A stretch of 64,000 bases of DNA from Histomonas meleagridis 2922-C6/04-290x (Eukaryota; Protista; Parabasalia), in assembly GCA_020184695.1 (NCBI GenBank), contig JAANOX010000243.1, positions 124,001-188,000 of the forward strand, given 5' to 3'. Position numbers and translations under genes: made by a program. The notes under the pieces were generated by a model. That model saw only the letters and a list, made by a program, of their open reading frames with translations, did no database searches and had not been told where the DNA came from. Below, piece after piece: positions 41,454 to 51,500 of the stretch (positions are counted from its first letter, which is position 1; each line of letters begins with the position of its first letter).

Positions 41454-44114
41454 TCAATTATTAAATCTTATATCGATGTTTCTAATTTCATTAAGAAACT
41501 TTTTGAAGATTTCCATTTTTTCTTTATTCGAATTTGATTTCACATTAAGTATCAATTCCAAGAACGCGTTATGGAATATATTTCTTTGTTCCACATTACC
41601 AATTTCTTCCTCAATATTTGAGAAAACATCAATTGCGATTTCAGACTCCTTTAAAATGAAAGATATAACGAAAAGATTTACTTCGTTTGTTGAAATACAA
41701 ACATTTAATAATTTAATAAAATGTTTCCTAAACATATCAACTTCATTCATTAAGCCAAACATTTTATTTAGTAAACTTGTTAAAATTAAAAAGATTTCTT
41801 TTATATAACAATCAATCGAATAATATGTAAAACAAAAACAAAAATTCCAAAATTTTTCACTGTTTTTAATAACATTTGGAAAGTGAATTAAAAATATTTC
41901 AATTAATTGCAAAATTTGATAAATTAAATTTGCGTCTAAATAACAAAAATTGTTTTCTGGAAGAAAAGAAATTATTTTATCGAATAATACGAACAAAGAA
42001 TTATCATTAAAAATTTCCATTATACCAAAATTCGGAAATGGCGAATGTAAAAGTTTATTCGTAAGTTCAATAATAATAGCGAATTCATTTTTATTCTTTA
42101 AATCGAATTCTGATAACGGAATCAATTTATCAAAATGATAAGTATAATATTTCTCTGTTTCAATTAACATATTTTCTTTCGATATCATATTTAAAAGTAA
42201 TTGAATCGTAAAATTACAAATATGAAATTGATGTTTTTGATATGAATAAAAAGGATTTTCAGTCGGAAATGATTTAATAAAAGTTTTTGTAAATGATAAC
42301 AATTCATTTTTTTCATTTGTATTATATAAGCAAAAATTACTGAAATTTTCATCAAAAAATAAATAAGATTTAATCCAAAGTTGACTATTATTAATACAAT
42401 TCCGAAATATTCCTTTTAATAAGTTAAATGAAATTATTTCAGAATTCGTTTTAAGTTTTTCAAAAAATAATTTTCGAAGATTAGAAAAATGAAATAGAAT
42501 TCTAAGAGCAACAAAATACACAAAAGAATTATTCGGAAGATTTGTTATTGTTTCAATTATTGTTTGTGGTGTATTTGTTTTACCTAAATATGAAATATTA
42601 TCTTGATTTGATATAAATGATTTTAATGATTTCTTTGCAAGTTCATAAAGTTCTTCTTTTAAATCATTCCAAATTCGATTAAAAACAAATGAAATTAATG
42701 AATAAAACTCATCAAAAGAATTCATAACAGGAATTTGTGAAATTGAATTCTTTTGAAGAAAAGTTTTTATGAAAAAATTCAAAAACAAAAGAACAAAATT
42801 TTCGGATTCTTCTGTCGATTGCATTAATTCAAAAATTTTGGGTATTAATTCATATTTTTGCCAAACTTTCATTAAAGGAATTGTTGCTACATAAATAAAT
42901 CCAATTTTAGTATTAACATCGATTTCATTTGCTAAATTTAATATGTTTTGTGATATTTCAGCAAAAATTTCGGAAATTTTTGATTTGGATATTTTTGAAA
43001 GATTTTCAATAATTTTTTGAATAAATTTATAATCAGTTAAAAGAACATTATATCCAATTTCAGAATTATTATTAATTAATTCAAATGATGATTTAATAAA
43101 TTTGGTTAAAATTAATGATGAATTATATGTTTGCTTTTGATCAGAAAGAAAATTAGAAAATTCACAAATTATGAAAAGGGAATTTGGGAAATTTTGATCC
43201 AAAAGATTAAAAATCAAATTAGAAATATTAATAATATGCTCACTTAATATATTTGGAAAACATGAAAGTGATTTAATCAATAAAGAAAAATTTTTAGAAT
43301 TTTCTTCATCATGAAATATTTCGATGTTTTGAATGAGAGAATTTAAAAATTTAAACGAAAAAAATGATAACTTTTCCTTTTCATCTTGTGAAATTCCCAT
43401 ATGCGTTATATTATCTACTATTTGTTGGATAATTAATATTGCTCCAGATGATATTGGATGCGAATAATTAATCACAGTTTGATATATGTTGGCATATAAA
43501 TCTTCATCTTGAAAAAGAACAAAAGGAAATTGTTTGTGATTCCCCATATATTTACAACAACACAACATCATATTAATTGACATTTCGCCATTGTCAGAAA
43601 TGGAATAAAGAGATGAATTAAAAAGATCAATAATTTGTGTTTCTTGAATATTTCTACTTTGCGATTGTGAAGAACGACATAAAAAATTATAAACAATACA
43701 TAGTTCAAAATGACCCATTACTGATAAATTTGTAGAATCTAATGGTAAAATTAGATTGCCATCATTTTGATAAACATAAAATACAATAAGCCCAATAACG
43801 TCTGCTAGTTTTTGTTGTACTGGCTCTTCTGTTATCTTGTCTCGAGGAAAATTTATTAAAAATGTAAATAATGATGATAATGTTAATTCATGCTGAAATA
43901 CTTTAACAAATTTCTTAATAAGCGAAACAATAAAAAGCTGACAATCCGGATCTAGAGGATTTGAAAATAAAATTTGAATTAAATCAAATAATCGAATTTG
44001 TTGCGAGATTAAATCTTTAACCCAAAATTCTGCTTCAGACCTTTCTTCACTACCGAATGGGCAAAGGCTTTTTTGAAAATTTATTAATATCTCTTGTTCA
44101 TTAAGTGTGCACAT
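41454..44114 (-). CDS. Importin-beta/exportin-like HEAT-repeat protein
   Basis: N-terminal SEERSEAEFWV resembles an IBN_N start; about 886 aa of helical repeats. The family call is tentative. Confidence 0.6.
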   Translation of the reverse strand: MCTLNEQEILINFQKSLCPFGSEERSEAEFWVKDLISQQIRLFDLIQILFSNPLDPDCQLFIVSLIKKFVKVFQHELTLSSLFTFLINFPRDKITEEPVQQKLADVIGLIVFYVYQNDGNLILPLDSTNLSVMGHFELCIVYNFLCRSSQSQSRNIQETQIIDLFNSSLYSISDNGEMSINMMLCCCKYMGNHKQFPFVLFQDEDLYANIYQTVINYSHPISSGAILIIQQIVDNITHMGISQDEKEKLSFFSFKFLNSLIQNIEIFHDEENSKNFSLLIKSLSCFPNILSEHIINISNLIFNLLDQNFPNSLFIICEFSNFLSDQKQTYNSSLILTKFIKSSFELINNNSEIGYNVLLTDYKFIQKIIENLSKISKSKISEIFAEISQNILNLANEIDVNTKIGFIYVATIPLMKVWQKYELIPKIFELMQSTEESENFVLLFLNFFIKTFLQKNSISQIPVMNSFDEFYSLISFVFNRIWNDLKEELYELAKKSLKSFISNQDNISYLGKTNTPQTIIETITNLPNNSFVYFVALRILFHFSNLRKLFFEKLKTNSEIISFNLLKGIFRNCINNSQLWIKSYLFFDENFSNFCLYNTNEKNELLSFTKTFIKSFPTENPFYSYQKHQFHICNFTIQLLLNMISKENMLIETEKYYTYHFDKLIPLSEFDLKNKNEFAIIIELTNKLLHSPFPNFGIMEIFNDNSLFVLFDKIISFLPENNFCYLDANLIYQILQLIEIFLIHFPNVIKNSEKFWNFCFCFTYYSIDCYIKEIFLILTSLLNKMFGLMNEVDMFRKHFIKLLNVCISTNEVNLFVISFILKESEIAIDVFSNIEEEIGNVEQRNIFHNAFLELILNVKSNSNKEKMEIFKKFLNEIRNIDIRFNN

Positions 44115-44595
44115 CAATAATGCACAACTTTAAAATGATTAAGATAACAAACGAAAAGTATTATTTTCTCAAAAAGATATATTAAAATTAAATAAGAAGC
44201 TTAGTTAGTGTTTATTTATGATTTTATAACGAAGTTAACTCTCAAAAAACAAATAATGTTATTTCTTCTCCATATGATATCCCTGATCATATAGAAACAG
44301 ATCCATTTCCATAAAATTCCCAAGAAAACTTTTACGACAATAATATTTGATAATTAAAAATTATTTCAGTTTTTTGTAGGTGAGAGAAAACGCATAAACA
44401 AATTTACATTTTTATATAATCAAAGCATGTTTCATTTGATCCTGTAAAAGGCTTGTTCGGCGATTTGATAGCTTTAGCGTTCAAGCATTTAGAGCACCCT
44501 AAATTTGCTATCGTTCAGTTGTGAATTTGCCATTGAATTATTTCCCTTGTTAAACTTTTTGTAAACCTGATCGTTATTCATATGAAAAGTATACG

Positions 44596-44600
44596 TCACT
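44596..44600 (+). promoter_or_regulatory. Initiator (Inr) element
   Basis: TCACT about 20 nt upstream of the ATG at 44621. Confidence 0.55.
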
Positions 44601-44620
44601 TTTGATCCAAAACATTTTTT

Positions 44621-47251
44621 ATGACAGATCTCACTCCCCACAGCATCCAATGCCCCGAAGGAATCGTTAACACGAACTGTGTCGGCATGTGTGAGCTTGC
44701 CGGGAAAATATGGATTGCCTATAGTACCGGAGATATCTTTTATTTAGCATATAATCCTGACTCTACAGGAGCGCCTTATTCATTTCCAGATAATTTCCAG
44801 ACATACAAACCAAACCCAGGCTGTACAATTCAGGCCATGACTTCGATTTTAACACCTCGTTTATTGTTCATCAGTTGTATTGGTGCAAAAAATGAACCTG
44901 ATAAGCTTTTAATTTTCAATGAAAAAACTATTCCTAATAAATCTGAGGTTCTTGTACCAAAGTGCAATATGTTTTCACTAAGCTATGAAGATAATTATCC
45001 AAATTTAGTCGTAGCAGTACAAAAGAAATTTTCTATCTACAAAATTAAAGATGATGTTAAAGAACCTAAAAGTCCACTTGACTACTTTAATCTTGTAGCT
45101 ACCAAAGAAGCTGGTGGTAATATTGAAACAATTGCAATCAACAAAAATGCAGTTGCAATATATTCCAATGGTAAGTATCGAACCTATTGGATTGAAACAG
45201 GTAGTTTTGTTGAAGTATCATCAGCCTATGTTCCGAAACCATTTGCATTACCAATTTCACCCGTCAACTTTTTGATAGGTAACACAGGAACGATGATTAT
45301 CACCGGTGAAGTTGGCAAAAAGCCATCATCCTCCATTCCTTATAACAAAGGATATGCCAAATATGTCCCAGCTGAAAGGCCACGCTCATTATTATACTAC
45401 AAAGAGAAAGTGTTTCAATTCCATAATGCCATGACATTAGTTGCACCTGATATGTCATATAACAAGCCACATGTTCCATTTAAGAGTATACCAATATCTA
45501 AAGTTCGCTTATTTTGTAAGCGTTATGAATTAGATGACTTATTAATTATGACTGATGATGAAATGTATACAATTGGAGGTGTTAGTCCAGGTGTTCGCTT
45601 AGCAGACAAAGCACTTAAATCAGGCATAGCTATACCATCCGTAGCTATCCAAAAGATTAAGAAAATACAAGATCAAAATGATGTAATTGTTGATATGTTT
45701 CGAGATTTATGGGTTCGTGTACCGAAAGATAAAACACAAAAGACTGAAACAGGGAAAATATTAGCAATCCAATTATTATCTAATGTTTTATGGCGTATGG
45801 ATATTCGTGAAGTATTATCATTGTTTCCATTTATCATGTTATCAATACCATTAGAAAACCGGGTCATATTGACAGGTTTACAGCCGATTGAAAATCCAAG
45901 CAAAGAGTTATTACAAGAATTAGGCAAATTCTTATTATTTACAAGTGAGAATTATAAAGTTAGTGATGATAATTCATTAATATCACAATTGTCCACAGTC
46001 GATACTGCCATTTTCCAATTTTATGCAGCATTTCATCAAACACGTGAACTTGATGCATTTATGCGAGATCAAAATTCCATTGATATTCAACTTGTTAGTC
46101 AATACTTTGCACAAAATCTTAAGCCTATGCATTTATATCCAGCATTAGCTATCTTTTATACACGTACTGAGAAACAAGTCAAAGCTTTAAGTTATTGGGA
46201 AACATTAAGTAACGCCGATAAAAGTGATCGATGGGCATTAGAAGCTTCATATACATTACAAGAGATTAGTCAAAAGAATATATTAGATGAAAACCTTGCG
46301 TGGATTAAAAAGAAGAATGTTTCACATGCAGTTAATGCATTATTACATCCTAATGTCGATACACAATATGCTACAGAATGGATCAAGAAGAATTGTCCCA
46401 CTTATATGATCAAGTTTTATGATTATATGGTCCAACAAACTAATCCACCACCAAAGACACCACTTGTAGAAGAAGCATTAATGGCATTTTGTAAGTTACT
46501 TAAAGATTTGGAGAAGCCGGACTTTAATGTCCGTGTAGTTACATATAATATGAATGCAGTTGCAGCGAAACCAGGTCCACATCCAGAGATGCTCGATCAA
46601 TTAGGGCAAGAATGCGAAGAAAAGATATCAAATATCATTCGGACATATGTCGCGAAACAACAAATTGATTTACATCCTTATGTCAAAATAGTGAAAGAAA
46701 CGAAACATTTGAAGTTATTATTCGAGTTTTATCAAATCGGAGAAATGTATAAAGAAGCAATCAAATTGATATTCAGTATGACGCCAGTGAATTATACGGA
46801 TTTACAAGAGTTTTGTCGAAATTCACCAAATTGTGAAAAGGCTTTTTCTGTAGCATTTAATCGAATGATCAAAAACAAATTCGATTTGGCTTATATCGAC
46901 TTCTTAATTAGAAACTTACAATGGGTAAACTATGAAGAAATGTTGGATTGGATACCTGAAAACGCGTCGCTGGCTCAGGTGGAGAATTTGTTGAAGACAG
47001 CAGATAATTATTTGATACAAAAGCAAAGAATGATGCTGCAAAAAGTGAACATTGCAAAATCAATGAAAATGGACGCTGACTATAAACTGACGAAGGCGCA
47101 AATAAGAAACGTAGAAATACAGCACACGACTGTATGCCAAAACTGCCAGAGACCAGTCGGAGACGGGTGGGTGGCAGTGGCACCAGACAGCAGAGTTTAC
47201 CATATAACGTGCAAACCGAAACTAGCCAACAACAAAGGAAATAATCATTAA
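44621..47251 (+). CDS. Vps39/Vam6/TGFBRAP1-like tethering-complex subunit
   Basis: Beta-propeller-like N-terminus, helical middle and C-terminal VEIQHTTVCQNCQRPVG...APDSRVYHITC matching the Vps39 C-terminal zinc motif. Confidence 0.75.
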   Translation: MTDLTPHSIQCPEGIVNTNCVGMCELAGKIWIAYSTGDIFYLAYNPDSTGAPYSFPDNFQTYKPNPGCTIQAMTSILTPRLLFISCIGAKNEPDKLLIFNEKTIPNKSEVLVPKCNMFSLSYEDNYPNLVVAVQKKFSIYKIKDDVKEPKSPLDYFNLVATKEAGGNIETIAINKNAVAIYSNGKYRTYWIETGSFVEVSSAYVPKPFALPISPVNFLIGNTGTMIITGEVGKKPSSSIPYNKGYAKYVPAERPRSLLYYKEKVFQFHNAMTLVAPDMSYNKPHVPFKSIPISKVRLFCKRYELDDLLIMTDDEMYTIGGVSPGVRLADKALKSGIAIPSVAIQKIKKIQDQNDVIVDMFRDLWVRVPKDKTQKTETGKILAIQLLSNVLWRMDIREVLSLFPFIMLSIPLENRVILTGLQPIENPSKELLQELGKFLLFTSENYKVSDDNSLISQLSTVDTAIFQFYAAFHQTRELDAFMRDQNSIDIQLVSQYFAQNLKPMHLYPALAIFYTRTEKQVKALSYWETLSNADKSDRWALEASYTLQEISQKNILDENLAWIKKKNVSHAVNALLHPNVDTQYATEWIKKNCPTYMIKFYDYMVQQTNPPPKTPLVEEALMAFCKLLKDLEKPDFNVRVVTYNMNAVAAKPGPHPEMLDQLGQECEEKISNIIRTYVAKQQIDLHPYVKIVKETKHLKLLFEFYQIGEMYKEAIKLIFSMTPVNYTDLQEFCRNSPNCEKAFSVAFNRMIKNKFDLAYIDFLIRNLQWVNYEEMLDWIPENASLAQVENLLKTADNYLIQKQRMMLQKVNIAKSMKMDADYKLTKAQIRNVEIQHTTVCQNCQRPVGDGWVAVAPDSRVYHITCKPKLANNKGNNH

Positions 47252-47285
47252 AACATTATATCTAATGTACTGTTTCAGTGGTGTG

Positions 47286-47549
47286 AAATGAAAAATAAAA
47301 ATTTAAACATTTAAATGAATATGAAAAAATTTAAACATTTAAATGAAAAATAAAAAATTTAAACATTTTAATGAAAAATAAAAAATTTAAACATTTTAAT
47401 GAATAAGAAAAATTTAAACATTTAAATGAATATGAAAAATTTAAACATTTAAATGAAAAATAAAAAATTTAAACATTTTAATGAAAAATAAAAAATTTAA
47501 ACATTTTAATGAATATGAAAAATTTAAACATTTTAATGAATATGAAAAA
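47286..47549. repeat. AT-rich minisatellite, ~27-28-bp unit, 9 copies plus a partial
   Basis: Nine occurrences of TTTAAACATTT separated by AATGAA(AAAT/TATG)AAAAA variants. Confidence 0.92.
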
Positions 47550-47764
47550 GAAAAAATTTGGTCATTCTGAGAAAAAAGAAATGAAAAATTGTAATCATTA
47601 TGATAAAAATAGAAAAATTGCAATCATTTTTATTGAATTCATCTATGAGAAAAGAACAAATACAATTACAATTTCCAAAGCTCACACCAAGTGTTGAAAA
47701 AAATGTAAATACAAAAGTTTTGCTAATTTTAAAGGGTACCCCAAAACGTTTGCCCTTCTGTTCC

Positions 47765-49113
47765 ATGTTCAACTTCTTCTTTTCCCCAGTTTCCCCCGAA
47801 CTCGCAGATAAATTAAATGCAGAAACACGGGTTTTCACTGACATCGTATTGGACCCATCTTGCCTTCGTGCATTTCGTGCTAATCACAAGCCTTTAATAG
47901 AATAGTATCTTTTTTTTCTAACATCAGTTTGTCCGAAAATATTAAGCAAATGTTTGAATATGCTTTAAATGTTACTGAAGAAAATCATCAAATATCAGCA
48001 AAATGTTTCACTTTATTAACAACAAGTAACGAAGATCTTGTAGATGCAATTCTCGAAAACAATGCTGAAATTCTTCACGATAACTTTGAAAAGGTTCTTA
48101 TTTCTAAGGATCCCATTCAAGTTAATCGATTTGCTATGATCATCCAAATGATTATATCTCAAGGAAAACATTCTGGTACAGACATTTCTCAATATCTTTT
48201 TGAACTTCTTAATTTTGCTTATAATCGATCAGTCTTTGATCTTTTTGTTTCAATAATCGATAATGATTCGAACCAATCATTAATTCAACTCCAAGAGTAT
48301 CTTAATGAAAATAACTTCACTCCTGCCCTTGCTAATATTATCAAAGATATTCCAGATGATTTAACTGTTGATCAAAATTCTTTAATTATCACGAATCTTT
48401 TTAAGCTTATTCCTCACATCAAACAATCATCTGTTCTCCAAAAGTCTATAACCGAATCCGAAGTCGAAATCATGTTTCGTGATTTTAAAGATCCATCAGA
48501 TTCCCTTCTTACCTCTCAATTCTCCGCAATTTATTCATCACTTACTGACCCCACTCTTTTTGACGTCGCTGCGACACATGTAACACGTCTTCTTGAATTC
48601 CTCGAAAAACTTCCACAGAAACCGTTTATGTCATATCATGAATTTATTTTGCTGATTTTGGCGCGCGTTTCTGCTCACGTTCCCGCAATATCCGATCGCC
48701 TTATCGGCAGCGGCTTTTGCAACAAACTTGTGAAATTAGTTCGTGAATTTCCAAAGCATTCTAATGCACATTTAGCGATCTTGTCATTCCACAAACAAAC
48801 ATTTAGTGTCGAATCATTGCGTAATAGTTTCTACGAAGAGTTTATACCACTTGCAGATGAAATGATTACTGATGAAAACGCTACAGTTGAACAAAGGGCA
48901 TTTGCATGGAATACATTACGAACAGCAAAGGAAGAAGAATATAATGTGGATGAAAAACTTAGCGAAATTGCAAAAATGAAATTTGAAAGCATATGCGAAA
49001 TTGCAGATTCAAGCTATGGAGGAGAGTTACCAAAACAAGCAGAAGTGGATGATATAGAGTTGACACAAGAACAGTTACAGGTATTCCTTAGGTTCTTGAG
49101 TGGAAATCGATGA
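47765..49113 (+). CDS. SAPS/PP6-regulatory-subunit-like protein, join(47765..47904,47928..49113), 441 aa
   Basis: Exon 1 (MFNFFFSPVSPEL...NHKPLIE) joins the 47929 ORF in frame across a 23-nt GT-AG intron, giving NHKPLIEYLSENIKQMFEYAL, which resembles the SAPS N-terminus. Confidence 0.78.
47905..47927 (+). other. 23-nt spliceosomal intron
   Basis: GTATCTTTTTTTTCTAACATCAG: GT donor, TCTAAC branch site next to a CAG acceptor. Removal deletes an in-frame TAG and restores the frame. Confidence 0.85.
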
Positions 49114-49541
49114 ATATTTAAACAAAACTTGAGTAAAGAAACTTTTTTAATACTCATACAATTTTCAATAGCTCAACATTGAAAAGGTATTTTCTATAAA
49201 TATTTAAATTGAATTCAAGCACATTTTGGTATTGAATTAATTCAATTTTTAATCAACAATTCGTATCGTTGTATTCATCATTAAACTTTGATATGTTTTA
49301 AAATTTGATAAATTTAATACAAAATAGTAAAAACGTAATTTTGTTAAGAACCAGCACTTGATCGCATATGTAATACCGAAGTTGATATATGTTTATATTA
49401 GTATCAGATCATATAAAAAAATATTTATGTGAAAATTAGATAAATATTCGATGCAATGAATCAAATATGTATATCTTATTATGATGTTATTTGACTTGAA
49501 CACGATATTCCATTTTTAATGAAAAAGGAAATATGAATATA

Positions 49542-50828
49542 CAGGGGGGTGAAAAAGTACCCAACCCACCCCTCAAAAATGCTCAAATATTGATATCAAT
49601 TAATTTAGTTAATGTTTTTAATCAATGTATTAACCATTGTTTCTAATGACATCTTCCAATCGGTTAATCCATTCATGGAACACATTTTGAAGGTCTTCGA
49701 AAGTAAGATTGTCCCATATTTCTCTGATGGCACTTTTTGACTCTTTTTCATCGTGAAATGATTTACCTGCGAACTTGTTTTTCGAGTATCCGAAAAACCA
49801 GAAGTCACTTGGTGCAATATCGGGGGAATATGGCGGATGGGGTGCTCTTATTAGTCCGCTTTTTTTTATACAATCAGTGGTCACTTTTGAATTATGAATG
49901 CGACAGTTGTCCATATGAATAAACATGCCCTTAACTTTTTTCTTTCTAGTACCAATTCGTCCATATATGACGATGCTGGATAAAATGCATCCACAAAAAT
50001 GTGTTGAATTAAATTTTAAACTTGGATCCAAAATCTTAACTGTTACAAGGCCAACACCAGTAACGAATATTGTAACCATCCGTATTTTTGTATAGATACT
50101 TCGTCTCAACCTTGGTTTAACAGAATCTAAATTTGGTGCCCATTGAAAGGCATGATCATTGTGCATATTAAACCAACTTTCATCACCAGTAATAATATTG
50201 GCAAAATTGTTTGGTTCATCTGCCTTAGAAGATATCTTTAAAAGTTCTTCTGATTTTTGGACCTCTTTTAATTTTTGTTCATTAGTGAGTAAATGAGGAA
50301 TCAACTTTTTTGAATATTTCTTATAATTTATTTCTAATAATTTTTCCTTAACAACAAATTTATCAACGTGGAGAGCTTTTGCCATTACCTTGGTTGATGC
50401 ATAAGGTTCATCATTGAGAAAATTTAAAATTAATTCCTTAATATCGATTTTTGGCCTTCCACTTTTTGGGAGATCTTCGCCTGTGGTTCTACCGACCTTC
50501 CAGCTTTTAATCCAATATTTTATTTAAGTTTCAGAGTATGCTTCCTCCTTATACGTTTCATCTAATTGCTTTTTGATTTTCCTGCAACCTTTGCCTTGTA
50601 GCATTAAAAAATGAATGACATACCTTTGCTCAATAGACATAATACCAATTATTTTAAACGTTCGAAAATTTGAACGTATATAACTTTTTACTGAATTTAT
50701 ATTTTTTAAAAATTTTTATATACTTAAATACACAAGAGTTAATACTTATATATAAATACCATTTTATGTTTTAATTCATATCTAATAAAGAATTACAGGG
50801 GTGGGTCGGGTACTTTTTCACCCCCCTG
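49542..50828 (-). mobile_element. Mariner (DD34D) transposon, 1287 bp
   Basis: 32-bp TIRs (49542-49573 and 50797-50828, one mismatch), TA target-site duplication on both sides, internal transposase. Confidence 0.96.
49618..50640 (-). pseudogene. Mariner transposase with two in-frame TAA stops
   Basis: MSIEQRYVIHF...SET*IKYW...SGRP; catalytic ITGDESW, HMDNCRIH and YSPDIAPSDFW with 34 residues between the second and third Asp. Stops at codon 39 (50526-50524) and in NG*YID near the C-terminus. Confidence 0.92.
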
Positions 50829-51500
50829 TATTAATTGCTAGAGACGGGACTGTTATGGCAAGACATTGGCATAAGTTATTGCAAATAACACTTATCAACA
50901 TAAACCTAAATACGACAAATATCATACCAGGTAAAAATAATGGAGAAATTAGTAAAATATTTGGTTATGTTAAAACTTCTAATAGATATAAAGTATTGTT
51001 TAAAGTTCCTAGTCAAAAAATTTATAAAGATATTATACCAAGTTATTTACGAGGTAATTCTCCTCAAATAATGGGTAACATTGAAAAGGAGGAAAAATAA
51101 ACAATTGTTCAAAAGTATGAATTTTAATGTAAAACTATAGGGATTTTGTATCCTGCAAGATGAAGGTGCCATTTCAGACGAAAAGTGCCAAAATGATTTT
51201 TACATGCTTCTGATTTTTGAACAAAAATAATATTAATTAATATGTAATTTCATATTTGAGAAAGAGGCCTCTTTCATGTCTAATTTGTTTACCATTTCTC
51301 ATGCATTCTTTGAATCGCTTCATCAATACGCTTTTTAGCTTCCATTTGAAAACGGTTTATAATTCAAGAATAGAAAAACTGTAAAATTTTAATACAGAAA
51401 AAATTCACTATGTGTGTCAGTATATTGAATGCTACTGATTTTTTACAACTGGTCGTAAATAAATTTCATGTTGTTTTTAAATAAGAAGTTAATAAAATAA

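Noticed and set aside
47286-47549. CRISPR-like array
   Set aside because: Eukaryotic context, no unique spacers and no cas genes; it is a minisatellite.
47533-47905. ORFs 47533-47844 (-) and 47600-47905 (+)
   Set aside because: Only 47765-47904 of the + ORF is credible, as exon 1 of the SAPS-like gene. The rest is promoter or minisatellite sequence.
49630-50526. TAA reassigned to Gln/Glu, suggested by stops at plausible Q/E positions in the transposase
   Set aside because: Most host genes here end in TAA at sensible positions, so single-base nonsense mutations are the simpler explanation.
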